Part shown: piece by piece, positions 1 through 8,241 of the stretch
Layout: each line of letters begins with the position of its first letter
Numbering within the stretch: the first letter of the stretch is position 1
Virus record (IMG/VR): IMGVR_UViG_3300042923_000502
Location: 96,001-160,000 of that record
DNA length: 64,000 nucleotides
Direction: 5' to 3' (one strand)
Source: a virus
The notes under the pieces: generated by a model
The model's input: the letters and a program-made list of their open reading frames with translations, nothing else
Databases searched by the model: none
Told to the model about the DNA's origin: nothing
Position numbers and translations under genes: made by a program

Positions 1-106
1 AACGAAAAATATTTCCGAATGGTCAAAAGAATACAATATACCTGTAAATACAATAAGAGGTAGAATAAAGAAAGGAAAAAGTTTAGATGATTTGTTTGAC
101 AAATGA
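1..106 (+). CDS. C-terminal fragment of a probable homing endonuclease (HTH-like DNA-binding tail); 5' part lies outside the window
   Basis: Frame 2 reads TKNISEWSKEYNIPVNTIRGRIKKGKSLDDLFDK*, which resembles the 'TxSEWxxxxGI..TxxxRxxxG' tails of phage HNH-type endonucleases. Confidence 0.5.
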   Translation, partial: TKNISEWSKEYNIPVNTIRGRIKKGKSLDDLFDK

Positions 107-124
107 AAGATAAAATGATATAAT
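96..124 (+). promoter_or_regulatory. sigmaA promoter with 17-bp box in the spacer
   Basis: TTGACA-17bp-TATAAT with extended -10 TG; box ACAAATGAAAGATAAAA at 99-115. Confidence 0.85.
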
Positions 125-156
125 AAAATCAAAGTTCATGAGGTGGTGACTATCAA

Positions 157-309
157 TTGAAAAAAAAGAAACGCAAAAAGACTATTATTGATCTCATGAG
201 ACAATCAAGGAGTAGAGAAAGCATTATAAATCCTACTACAAAAGTTATCCCCAATAAAAAAGCTCGACAAAGCAAAAACGCTTGTAGACGTAAGGTAGGC
301 GAAGAGTAA
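157..309 (+). CDS. small basic protein, 50 aa (not in ORF track)
   Basis: TTG start after GAGGTGG; MKKKKRKKTIIDLMRQ...; TAATG overlap with the primase start. Confidence 0.55.
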   Translation: MKKKKRKKTIIDLMRQSRSRESIINPTTKVIPNKKARQSKNACRRKVGEE

Positions 310-1352
310 TGTCAGACCTTCACGACATCAAAAAGGCTATCTATGAAGAAGGTAGAATAGAAGAAGTTCTTGACCTTTTGGGATGTAAAAATATACGTCC
401 CGAAAGGAATAGGATTGTTGCTTCACTTCCTAACGGTAAGAATTTACGTTCCGTTCAAGTTAAGATGAATGAGCATCTTTCGTCAAGCATTAGAACAAAG
501 CAAATCAATGGCGACATATTTAGCATTGTGTCCTACATTAAATTTAATTGTTCTACTAAAGCTGAAATTTATGAAAACCTATTTGACGCTAAGATGTGGA
601 TTGTCGAAGAGTTGGACTATTATCATCTTATAAGCAAAGATAGAAGCAAGGCAAAAAAACAAACATACAATAGTTGGCTTAAAGATATGCGCAAAAAGAG
701 AAGCAAGAAGATCAATCTTGAGAACTTGCATCCTAACATACCAATTCCAGAATCGACTAAGGATAGATATTTGATGGAACCTTATTATCCTTGGATCAAA
801 GAGGGGATAAGTTGGGAGACTCAAAAAGAGTGGGAAATAGGATTTTGTTGGGAAAGTCATCGGATTATTACTTTGATACGCAATATCACAGGAGAACTTA
901 TTGGTGTTAAAGGTAGAGCAATGGACGATAACAATCCATGGAAATATCTTTATGTTGAAGAAATGAACAAGAGCATAGAGTTATTTGGGTTGCATAAAAC
1001 TTTGCCTTATGTTCTTGAAGAAAAGGAGATTATCCTATTTGAAGGATATAAGAGTGTATTTAAGGCGTGGCAAATGGGATATAAGAACGTTGCAAGTATT
1101 GAAGGTGACGATATTTCCGATGCTCAAATTGCTTTAATCAAGAGTTTTGGTATTGACATTAAGATTACAATGTGCTATGATAAAGACAAATCGGAAGAGA
1201 GTATTAGAGAGCAAGTTTCAAAGTTTAAAAATAGAAAAGTCTTCTACACATTAGATGATGAAGACTTGTTATTAGATAAGCAATCTCCGGTTGATAGAGG
1301 GTTGAAGGTTTGGAACAAGCTTTACAAAAATAAAATTGAATTTACCCCTTGA
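309..1352 (+). CDS. dnaG: DNA primase (TOPRIM; SPbeta YorJ-like)
   Basis: RIITLIRNITGELIGVKGR, IILFEGYKS and CYDKD TOPRIM motifs. Confidence 0.85.
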   Translation: MSDLHDIKKAIYEEGRIEEVLDLLGCKNIRPERNRIVASLPNGKNLRSVQVKMNEHLSSSIRTKQINGDIFSIVSYIKFNCSTKAEIYENLFDAKMWIVEELDYYHLISKDRSKAKKQTYNSWLKDMRKKRSKKINLENLHPNIPIPESTKDRYLMEPYYPWIKEGISWETQKEWEIGFCWESHRIITLIRNITGELIGVKGRAMDDNNPWKYLYVEEMNKSIELFGLHKTLPYVLEEKEIILFEGYKSVFKAWQMGYKNVASIEGDDISDAQIALIKSFGIDIKITMCYDKDKSEESIREQVSKFKNRKVFYTLDDEDLLLDKQSPVDRGLKVWNKLYKNKIEFTP

Positions 1353-1395
1353 CTTTCATCGGGAAATTTGATATAATAACAAATGTAAGATAAAA
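1349..1395 (+). promoter_or_regulatory. sigmaA promoter with the box over the start site
   Basis: TTGACT-17-TATAAT (1349-1377); box ACAAATGTAAGATAAAA at 1379-1395. Confidence 0.8.
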
Positions 1396-1502
1396 CAAAA
1401 GGTTAGGAGGTCAAAGAACGTCCTACATGTCTTGCAAATTTCTTTAGTTAATTTACAAGTGTAAGAAAAAATAAAAAATACAAACTTATGGAGGAATTAC
1501 AA

Positions 1503-1784
1503 ATGGCTCAATACTACGCGACAGGAACAAAGAAAGTTGAAAGCAAAAACGAACAAGGGAAGAAAGTTATTACGGAAGTTCCAGTTGTGATTGAATTTGA
1601 CGCAATGCTTGTGAAGACTCGTGTTCAAGCGGTCAACGAAGCAAAACGTTGGGCTAAAAAGGACAATATTGTTCTTGATGGCATTGACGGTGTACATGTG
1701 TTGCAAGGTACACAAAAAGGTGGGGATACGTTGACAAAGCGTATTCAAAAAATGAAAACCGCAGGCACACTTCCTAAGTTTTAA
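1503..1784 (+). CDS. hypothetical basic protein
   Basis: ORF; the GGAGG RBS favours the ATG at 1503. Confidence 0.75.
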   Translation: MAQYYATGTKKVESKNEQGKKVITEVPVVIEFDAMLVKTRVQAVNEAKRWAKKDNIVLDGIDGVHVLQGTQKGGDTLTKRIQKMKTAGTLPKF

Positions 1785-1787
1785 CAT

Positions 1788-1811
1788 GGAGAAGGGCTAT
1801 CCCTTCTCTTG
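1788..1811 (+). terminator. hairpin, possible terminator
   Basis: GAGAAGGG-ctat-CCCTTCTC; weak U tract. Confidence 0.5.
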
Positions 1812-1851
1812 TAAATAAAGTACAAATACAAAATAAAATGAAAAGAGGAAA

Positions 1852-2454
1852 ATGAAGATGGATGTATACAAAGCGTATGAAGAACAATTGAAGGTTACAC
1901 GACAAATGGTGGAGCAATTGGTTCTTGCAAATGAAAAGTTGGAAGCAATTCTTGTAAAAATCTCCGAAGGTACACAAAAGGGTGGAATTGAAGAATTCCT
2001 TGGCGAAATCTTTGGTGGACTTGCAAACACTGTAAATGGTCAAGAGCTTGCAAAAGAACTTGAAGATTATGGTGACGATGATTATGATGATGATGATTGG
2101 GACGGAGATTATGAGGATTACGTCGATTATGAGGATGAAAATGATCATGTTTATCTTATTGAGCTTGCCATGAATGATGTTGAGGAACTTTTGGATTCTC
2201 CACAATTGAAAACAACTTTTTACGGAAATACTCTTTACGGATATGACCCAGAAGTAAACATTCACGACATTCACTATGTCGTTGATTATGACAAAGGAAC
2301 CGTAACAGCAAGCTTCATTGTTGATGGAAACGTGTTGAAGTCTGGAGTTGCCGTTTGCCATCCAGAAGATGTGTTCCTCGAAGCAACAGGTAGAGCAATT
2401 GCCACTCGTCGCTTGTTTGACCTTGACATTCCAGAATCTTTGCTTCAAAAATAA
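1852..2454 (+). CDS. hypothetical protein with acidic linker and C-terminal GxAxCxPxDxFxxxxGxxIA domain
   Basis: ORF track; D/E/Y-rich stretch; motif GVAVCHPEDVFLEATGRAIA. Confidence 0.75.
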   Translation: MKMDVYKAYEEQLKVTRQMVEQLVLANEKLEAILVKISEGTQKGGIEEFLGEIFGGLANTVNGQELAKELEDYGDDDYDDDDWDGDYEDYVDYEDENDHVYLIELAMNDVEELLDSPQLKTTFYGNTLYGYDPEVNIHDIHYVVDYDKGTVTASFIVDGNVLKSGVAVCHPEDVFLEATGRAIATRRLFDLDIPESLLQK

Positions 2455-2474
2455 TCGAATAGGAGATGTGACTT

Positions 2475-2723
2475 ATGACGGAAAAGCAACTAGACATCAT
2501 TGAGTTTACTAAAAACGTTCTAAACAAGCACATCTTCGATTACGAAGAGAAGATTTTAAGAAACTATGAAGAATTCCGTTCGTGGTCTACCTATGATGAA
2601 TGGGTAAGACCACAGAAACGGGAAAACCAGTACATTTATAATATTTGGATGTGCTACAAGGAATACCTAAACGGAACGCTTGATTTGAACGCAATGAAAA
2701 TTTCAAACTTGGTGGTGAAGTAA
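2475..2723 (+). CDS. hypothetical protein
   Basis: ORF with AGGAG RBS. Confidence 0.7.
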   Translation: MTEKQLDIIEFTKNVLNKHIFDYEEKILRNYEEFRSWSTYDEWVRPQKRENQYIYNIWMCYKEYLNGTLDLNAMKISNLVVK

Positions 2724-2724
2724 G

Positions 2725-3009
2725 TTGGATGTTCAAGTTGTCGTAAAGAAAGAAGAAAGAAAGCTTGAAACAGGAGATATTATAGTGGTCATCTATGCAG
2801 GGAAGACTTACGTATTGTTGGTTTCAATGATTCAAAGAGGAGAGTGTCCATATATGCTTGTTCACTTAGATGGAAGTGGAATATGGGCTTCCGAAAAAAC
2901 ACTTGAATTGTTGGAGAAAAACATTAGGAACAATGACATGGACTTTTATGAATACGAATATACAATTTATAGTGCATCGGAATACGTCTTGCAACTAACT
3001 AAAAAATAA
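2725..3009 (+). CDS. hypothetical protein
   Basis: ORF packed against the upstream gene; TTG start. Confidence 0.7.
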   Translation: MDVQVVVKKEERKLETGDIIVVIYAGKTYVLLVSMIQRGECPYMLVHLDGSGIWASEKTLELLEKNIRNNDMDFYEYEYTIYSASEYVLQLTKK

Positions 3010-3023
3010 ACATCAAAAACATC

Positions 3024-3065
3024 AAAGCCCATAGAGACGTAAAAGTTTTTATGGGCTTTACTTTT
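3024..3065 (+). terminator. intrinsic terminator-like hairpin
   Basis: AAAGCCCATAGAGAC-gtaaaa-GTTTTTATGGGCTTT followed by ACTTTT. Confidence 0.6.
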
Positions 3066-3094
3066 AATAAGATCATACAATAGGAGGATATAAT

Positions 3095-3484
3095 ATGAAG
3101 AAGTTTTTGATTTTGATTTCATTGGCAACTATGTTTATTCTAAGTTCATGTTCGGATGCTGACATTGCATCGGAAAATTTGTCAAAAGCCGCAGATAACT
3201 TTGAAATTAATAGACGAGTTGTATTTTACAATGGGATTACGGACACTTACTTGTTGAGCATTGAGGGACTTTGTTCGTTAGGTAACAATGATGATCGCTC
3301 TAAACAAGTAACAGTAACATGTAAAACATCTCCAACTACGTATAAGAAGCATTTCTTGGGATTGTCGGACAATGTGACATACTTTGCGGAACAACTTGAA
3401 CCTGCTAGTGTTAGCGCATATCATTATCGTGTTATATTTAAGCCACAAGCTATCTTGCCAGATGTTGATATGAGAGTTGAATAA
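3095..3484 (+). CDS. phage lipoprotein
   Basis: Signal peptide with lipobox LSSC; NLSKAADNFEINRRVVFYNGIT resembles a widespread phage lipoprotein family. Confidence 0.75.
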   Translation: MKKFLILISLATMFILSSCSDADIASENLSKAADNFEINRRVVFYNGITDTYLLSIEGLCSLGNNDDRSKQVTVTCKTSPTTYKKHFLGLSDNVTYFAEQLEPASVSAYHYRVIFKPQAILPDVDMRVE

Positions 3485-3498
3485 AGGGGGACGATAAA

Positions 3499-3843
3499 AT
3501 GAATAACTTTAAAGTTGGAGATAAGGTTGTACCGTTTCAAAAGTCTAAAGGAAAAAGTTTTGAAGAATCTAGATCATTGGAATTGGCAAAAAATATTGGT
3601 CAAAAATTCCTTTATGTTTATATGATTGATGGAGATAATGTCATATGGTGTAGTGTAGATGGGAATCAATTAAATTCAGAAGCATTTGATAAAACTGATT
3701 TAAATTTATATGTTGGTGACTTTTACAATACCGAACATGCCAAGTACGAAGAACCAGTATTGTACAATTTAGGGTTCATTTTAAAGTTGTTAAAAGATGG
3801 AATACTGAAAGAAGACGATATGTTCATTATGCGTAGAGTATAG
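3499..3843 (+). CDS. hypothetical protein (paralog of 3888..4238)
   Basis: Shares KxGDKVVPxxKSxGxS...GQxFLYV...GILKE with the next gene. Confidence 0.75.
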   Translation: MNNFKVGDKVVPFQKSKGKSFEESRSLELAKNIGQKFLYVYMIDGDNVIWCSVDGNQLNSEAFDKTDLNLYVGDFYNTEHAKYEEPVLYNLGFILKLLKDGILKEDDMFIMRRV

Positions 3844-3865
3844 ATAAAACGTTTCTTTTATCTAT
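3840..3865. repeat. 10-6-10 palindrome, copy 1
   Basis: ATAGATAAAA-cgtttc-TTTTATCTAT. Confidence 0.9.
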
Positions 3866-3887
3866 GAGACAATAAGGAGGAAGCAAA

Positions 3888-4238
3888 ATGTATAAAAAAG
3901 GCGATAAAGTAGTTCCACATAGCAAAAGTATAGGATGTTCCTTGAATGATAGCGAAGAATGGGAAAGAGCGCAGGCAAGTGGTCAAAATTTCCTTTATGT
4001 TACTAGCATTAGCAATGAAGACGATTATTGGTGTGCATTCACGAAAAACGATGATGACTCAGAATGTTTTTCACAGGTTGATTTGACCCCATATATCGAA
4101 GAAAAATATCAAGAAAATGGAATTTTGCTCAATTTTTCAGGCGTAAAACTCAATGAATACAAGGTAAGTGACATACTTGAACTGGTAAATAAGGGCATTC
4201 TCAAGGAAACAGATGAAATTATCGTGGGTCGAAAATGA
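3888..4238 (+). CDS. hypothetical protein (paralog of 3499..3843)
   Basis: ORF with AAGGAGG RBS. Confidence 0.75.
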   Translation: MYKKGDKVVPHSKSIGCSLNDSEEWERAQASGQNFLYVTSISNEDDYWCAFTKNDDDSECFSQVDLTPYIEEKYQENGILLNFSGVKLNEYKVSDILELVNKGILKETDEIIVGRK

Positions 4239-4245
4239 AAAAGTG

Positions 4246-4271
4246 ATAGATAAAACTTCGATTTTATCTAT
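4246..4271. repeat. 10-6-10 palindrome, copy 2
   Basis: ATAGATAAAA-cttcga-TTTTATCTAT. Confidence 0.9.
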
Positions 4272-4297
4272 GGGTTATACAAAGGAGAATGAGTTGA

Positions 4298-4585
4298 GTG
4301 TATATTTTATCAGCAAGACACTTTTACAAAGAAATTAATATGGATGTTGACACTTCACTTGGATTATTCACATCAATAGACAAATGTTCTGAATGGATTT
4401 CAAAATATGGTAGAGGATGGGAAGATACTGATCTTGGTGGAAATTCAATTGATTACTATTTTGTTGTCCTATCATTTGTAGTTGATCTTGAACAAGAACA
4501 TCAGCCATTTAGAGAAATTTATTATTATGATAAAGATGGAAACTTGGAAGATAGCTATATTGATGAATGGGAGGACAATACATGA
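4298..4585 (+). CDS. hypothetical acidic protein
   Basis: GTG start with AAGGAG RBS. Confidence 0.7.
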   Translation: MYILSARHFYKEINMDVDTSLGLFTSIDKCSEWISKYGRGWEDTDLGGNSIDYYFVVLSFVVDLEQEHQPFREIYYYDKDGNLEDSYIDEWEDNT

Positions 4586-4677
4586 GCATATTGATAGTGT
4601 TTGTTGTGTGGTTACTTCTTGTTGGTCTAATCATTATGTTTTTTAAAGGAGCGAATAACAATGGAATTGAAAGATGA
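4582..4677 (+). CDS. 31-aa single-pass membrane peptide (not in ORF track)
   Basis: GGAGG RBS; ATGA overlap with the previous stop; MSILIVFVVWLLLVGLIIMFFKGANNNGIER. Confidence 0.55.
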   Translation: MSILIVFVVWLLLVGLIIMFFKGANNNGIER

Positions 4678-4876
4678 ATTTATGTTTTATCATATTGGAG
4701 ACAAAGAATTGATCTATACCGCAATAAAAGAAGATGACAATTACATTGTCTCTTGGGATAACGTAATTGGTGAAAATGGCTTGATCTTTGAGGCTGGTAG
4801 TGAAACGTACACAAAATTGTCAGTGAAAAATGCAATCAATAAAGGCATGTGGATTATCTTAGAAGGAGATGAATAA
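4661..4876 (+). CDS. hypothetical protein, 'IYTA..SW..GxWI' family
   Basis: Paralog of 4879..5121. Confidence 0.75.
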   Translation: MELKDEFMFYHIGDKELIYTAIKEDDNYIVSWDNVIGENGLIFEAGSETYTKLSVKNAINKGMWIILEGDE

Positions 4877-4878
4877 TA

Positions 4879-5121
4879 ATGGAATTGGAAAATGTATTTA
4901 AGTTTTTTGACAAAGAAGAACCACTTTTGATTTACACAGCAACATTGCGCGAGGATGACGACAACTATCTCATTAGTTGGAGTGCGGAAAAAGAAGAAGA
5001 GTTTTATGGAAGTGGAAACGAAAAAGTAACAGGAACTAGAAGTACAGTATACGCAAAAGATATTGTTGAAACGTTCGTCAGAATAGGACAATGGATTGTT
5101 GTAGGAGCAGGTGAAGCTTAA
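4879..5121 (+). CDS. hypothetical protein, 'IYTA..SW..GxWI' family
   Basis: Paralog of 4661..4876. Confidence 0.75.
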   Translation: MELENVFKFFDKEEPLLIYTATLREDDDNYLISWSAEKEEEFYGSGNEKVTGTRSTVYAKDIVETFVRIGQWIVVGAGEA

Positions 5122-5124
5122 TTA

Positions 5125-6759
5125 ATGAGTAAGTTTAAACTTAGAAATAAATATGACTTCAATAAGAAGGAAGATATTGTTACTTCTTTATTGAAAGCTA
5201 GAGGGATTTCTGATATTCAGGAATTCCTCTCTCCTTCAATAAATGTCCTGAATGACGCACACTTGCTTGGCAACATTATCGTTGTGGCAAATAGAATCTT
5301 ACAAGCTATCAAAAACAATGAACGTATTTGTATTAGTGCTGATCCAGATAGCGATGGAATTTGTTGCACAGCGGTTATGGTTCGTTTCATATCCAAGTTT
5401 ACAAACAATTACTATGTCTCTTATGCTCAACGTTCGGAAGGTCACGGAGTAGAATATCAACTTGAATTCATTGACAAGGAATCAACGGACTTGCTAATTA
5501 TATTAGACTCTTCAACAAACTCCGCAGAAGCTTGTGAAGAATTGTCAGAGTTTATGGACATTGTTATTCTTGATCATCATGACGTTGAAAATGAGAATCC
5601 ATTTGCAACTATTGTTAATCCAAAGAATGACAACACTTATCCTAACAACAATATTAGTGGTGTTGGCGTTGTCTACAAAGTACTTCAAGTACTAGATGAA
5701 TCACTTGGAAGTGGAGAAGTTGACGACTACATTGATCTTGTAGCCGTTGGAATGTATGCCGACATGATGCCAATGGACGTATTGGAAAATCGCTACTTGG
5801 TTATTCAAGGTATGCAAAATATCAAGAATCCAGGTTTGCTCAAAATATTAGAGCTTGGTAATGTGTCCGTTGAAAATGTTAATTCACAAACAATTGGGTT
5901 TACTATTAGTCCATTGCTTAACGGATGCGCACGAAAGGATAAGCTTGAGCTTGGCATAGAGTTGCTTCTATGTGATGATGAACAAAGATGTACTGAGCTT
6001 GTTATGGAAATGCGTGAACTAAATGATATTCGTAGACAAGAGGAAAAGACTTTGTATGAAAGTTATCTTATAAAAATTGATCCAAATGACAAAGTTCTAA
6101 TTGCTATTGATGAGAATGCATCAAAGAACTTCAATGGTCTTATTGCTAACAAGTTCTCACAAGAATTTCATCGTCCTGCCATTGTTATGCGTGAACATGA
6201 AGGAAGTCTCGCAGGTTCATATAGAGGATTTGGAACGTTTGACATGAAAGGATTCTTAAATCGAAAAGAGATAAGAAAGTATATCAAGTATGCATTGGGT
6301 CATCCGTCTGCTGGTGGTGTAGGACTAAAATCATCTAACTTTAAAGCGTTCAAAGAAGCTATGAATAAGGCTCTTAAAGACTATGATTTTAATTCAGATA
6401 TCTATTACGACTATGAAATTGATGCAAGCCTTGTAACACCCGAATTGGCTAGACAAATCAAAAAGTTTGACTATTGTAGTGGTCAAGGATTCCCACCTGC
6501 TATGTTTCTTGTTAAAGAGATTTATGTAGAAGACAATGAAGATAGAGTTGTCATGGGAAAAAATAGAGATACCGTTAAAATCAAATCATGTGATGTTGAT
6601 GTTATTAAATTCAAGACTAATGAGAATTGGGCTTCTGACGTTGGCATGATGGATACCATTGATGTTGTAGGTCAATTATCCCTTAATGAATGGACTAAAT
6701 GGAACGGTGAAGTTATATCAACAACTCAAGTTGTAGCCGAAACATATGTAATTGTATAA
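5125..6759 (+). CDS. recJ: RecJ-like ssDNA exonuclease (DHH/DHHA1; SPbeta YorK-like)
   Basis: DPDSDG, ILDS, LDHH, SGVGV, ADMM, GSYR and GHPSAGG motifs. Confidence 0.9.
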   Translation: MSKFKLRNKYDFNKKEDIVTSLLKARGISDIQEFLSPSINVLNDAHLLGNIIVVANRILQAIKNNERICISADPDSDGICCTAVMVRFISKFTNNYYVSYAQRSEGHGVEYQLEFIDKESTDLLIILDSSTNSAEACEELSEFMDIVILDHHDVENENPFATIVNPKNDNTYPNNNISGVGVVYKVLQVLDESLGSGEVDDYIDLVAVGMYADMMPMDVLENRYLVIQGMQNIKNPGLLKILELGNVSVENVNSQTIGFTISPLLNGCARKDKLELGIELLLCDDEQRCTELVMEMRELNDIRRQEEKTLYESYLIKIDPNDKVLIAIDENASKNFNGLIANKFSQEFHRPAIVMREHEGSLAGSYRGFGTFDMKGFLNRKEIRKYIKYALGHPSAGGVGLKSSNFKAFKEAMNKALKDYDFNSDIYYDYEIDASLVTPELARQIKKFDYCSGQGFPPAMFLVKEIYVEDNEDRVVMGKNRDTVKIKSCDVDVIKFKTNENWASDVGMMDTIDVVGQLSLNEWTKWNGEVISTTQVVAETYVIV

Positions 6760-6764
6760 AGTAG

Positions 6765-6811
6765 TTGACAAATGAAAGATAAAGTGATACAATAACAAGT
6801 GTAAGATAAAA
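6765..6811 (+). promoter_or_regulatory. sigmaA promoter with two boxes
   Basis: TTGACA-17-TACAAT (6765-6793); boxes at 6768-6784 and 6795-6811. Confidence 0.85.
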
Positions 6812-6829
6812 CAAAAGGAGAGTTGAATA

Positions 6830-7168
6830 ATGAGCAATAAACTTGAAGCGTTGAAAGAACTTAGAGAATATGTTGATGAACGAAAACACATTCAATTCAA
6901 CTATATTCAAGAAAAAGAAGATGGATATGTGAGCTATGATGCACTTGGTCGCATTGCTCAAACGTTCGGAGTTTCCGATGAAACATTGAAAGCTTTAGAT
7001 GGAGATGAAATTTCGTCAGATGATTTGAATGTCATAGCTTTTGCACAAATCTTAATTGATCAAGGATTTACAAGAGAAGAGTTGGAAACAATTCAAGAAC
7101 TCAATGATACCGCTGGCTCTGTGGAAGAACTGATTGACTATATTGACAAATTGATTGAAGAGTCATAA
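6830..7168 (+). CDS. hypothetical acidic helical protein
   Basis: ORF with AAGGAG RBS. Confidence 0.75.
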   Translation: MSNKLEALKELREYVDERKHIQFNYIQEKEDGYVSYDALGRIAQTFGVSDETLKALDGDEISSDDLNVIAFAQILIDQGFTREELETIQELNDTAGSVEELIDYIDKLIEES

Positions 7169-7226
7169 TATTTAAAATTACAACATAGAATAGATCATAC
7201 GTGCAACATGAGAAGGAGAGAGAAAT

Positions 7227-7505
7227 ATGATTGAAGAATTAAAAAATGAAAATTACATTAAGAAAGTAACGGTAGAGTACGTTGATGGTACAACCGATGA
7301 AATTCAAAATGAGTTTGTCGTAGTTGTCACCGAAAAGCCGGAAAATGGCAATTGGAACATAAAATTGTCAGAGGAAGCAAGTGTTGCAAAAATGCTTGAC
7401 TTTGCTTATGATGCCGTTGATGAAATTGAAAATGCAAGTATGGATGAAGAACTTCCTAAGAAGGTTTCGCATCTCAAGGTGTTAAAAGGCGGGTTAAGTG
7501 GATAA
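7227..7505 (+). CDS. hypothetical protein
   Basis: ORF with RBS. Confidence 0.7.
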   Translation: MIEELKNENYIKKVTVEYVDGTTDEIQNEFVVVVTEKPENGNWNIKLSEEASVAKMLDFAYDAVDEIENASMDEELPKKVSHLKVLKGGLSG

Positions 7506-7517
7506 GGAGCAAGCTTA

Positions 7518-7534
7518 ACAAGTGGAAGATAAAA
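7518..7534 (+). promoter_or_regulatory. stand-alone 17-bp box
   Basis: ACAAGTGGAAGATAAAA, intergenic. Confidence 0.7.
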
Positions 7535-7553
7535 TAAAAAGGGAGATGTAATA

Positions 7554-7844
7554 ATGTCGAATATTACTCTTAGAGAGATTGAACAAAAAGTTAAAGTTCC
7601 TATTGCAAATATTAAAATTCAAGCAAACAATGGCAATCTAGTTTTTCACTCTAATATTGATGAAGGAGACTCTTTAATTAAAGCCAAGGAAAATTATATC
7701 AAAGACAATGAGTTTAGGGCTATATATTTTAAATCTCAAGGTCATACATCATCATCCAACGATATATACGGAGCCTTGACAATTGCAGATGCCGAAGTAT
7801 TGATTGACGCTTTACAAAGTATGGTTAAATACATCAAGAATTAA
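7554..7844 (+). CDS. hypothetical protein
   Basis: ORF; C-terminal ALT...LQSMV shared with the next gene. Confidence 0.7.
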   Translation: MSNITLREIEQKVKVPIANIKIQANNGNLVFHSNIDEGDSLIKAKENYIKDNEFRAIYFKSQGHTSSSNDIYGALTIADAEVLIDALQSMVKYIKN

Positions 7845-7875
7845 ATCACAATAAAAGAAAGTAGGAATTGTTAAA

Positions 7876-8190
7876 ATGAGTAAAGTAAAATTGATTCACT
7901 ATGTACCAGACGATGTTGTACTTCCCGTAGAAAATTATACTGTAGAAGAAGAAGGTAAGGTTATTACAATTAGTTCGAATTATAAAAATTCACTTCATGG
8001 TGCAAAGCTTGCATATGAACAAGACCCATTAGCTAATATTTTTGCAATTCGTCCAAATGCATCTGGACTTATTGCATTGACATTCGATCAAATGAAAGAA
8101 TTGATTTCATCTTTGCAAAGCATGGTTGATTTTGTAGTTCCTCCGGTTGTTGTTCCACCAGTGGAACCGCCTGCCGAAGAAACTCCTTAA
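7876..8190 (+). CDS. hypothetical protein with Pro-rich tail
   Basis: ORF; ends VVPPVVVPPVEPPAEETP. Confidence 0.7.
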   Translation: MSKVKLIHYVPDDVVLPVENYTVEEEGKVITISSNYKNSLHGAKLAYEQDPLANIFAIRPNASGLIALTFDQMKELISSLQSMVDFVVPPVVVPPVEPPAEETP

Positions 8191-8241
8191 TTTAAATGTA
8201 AAAAATAAAAAACAAAAACCTAACTAAAGGAGATTAATTAA

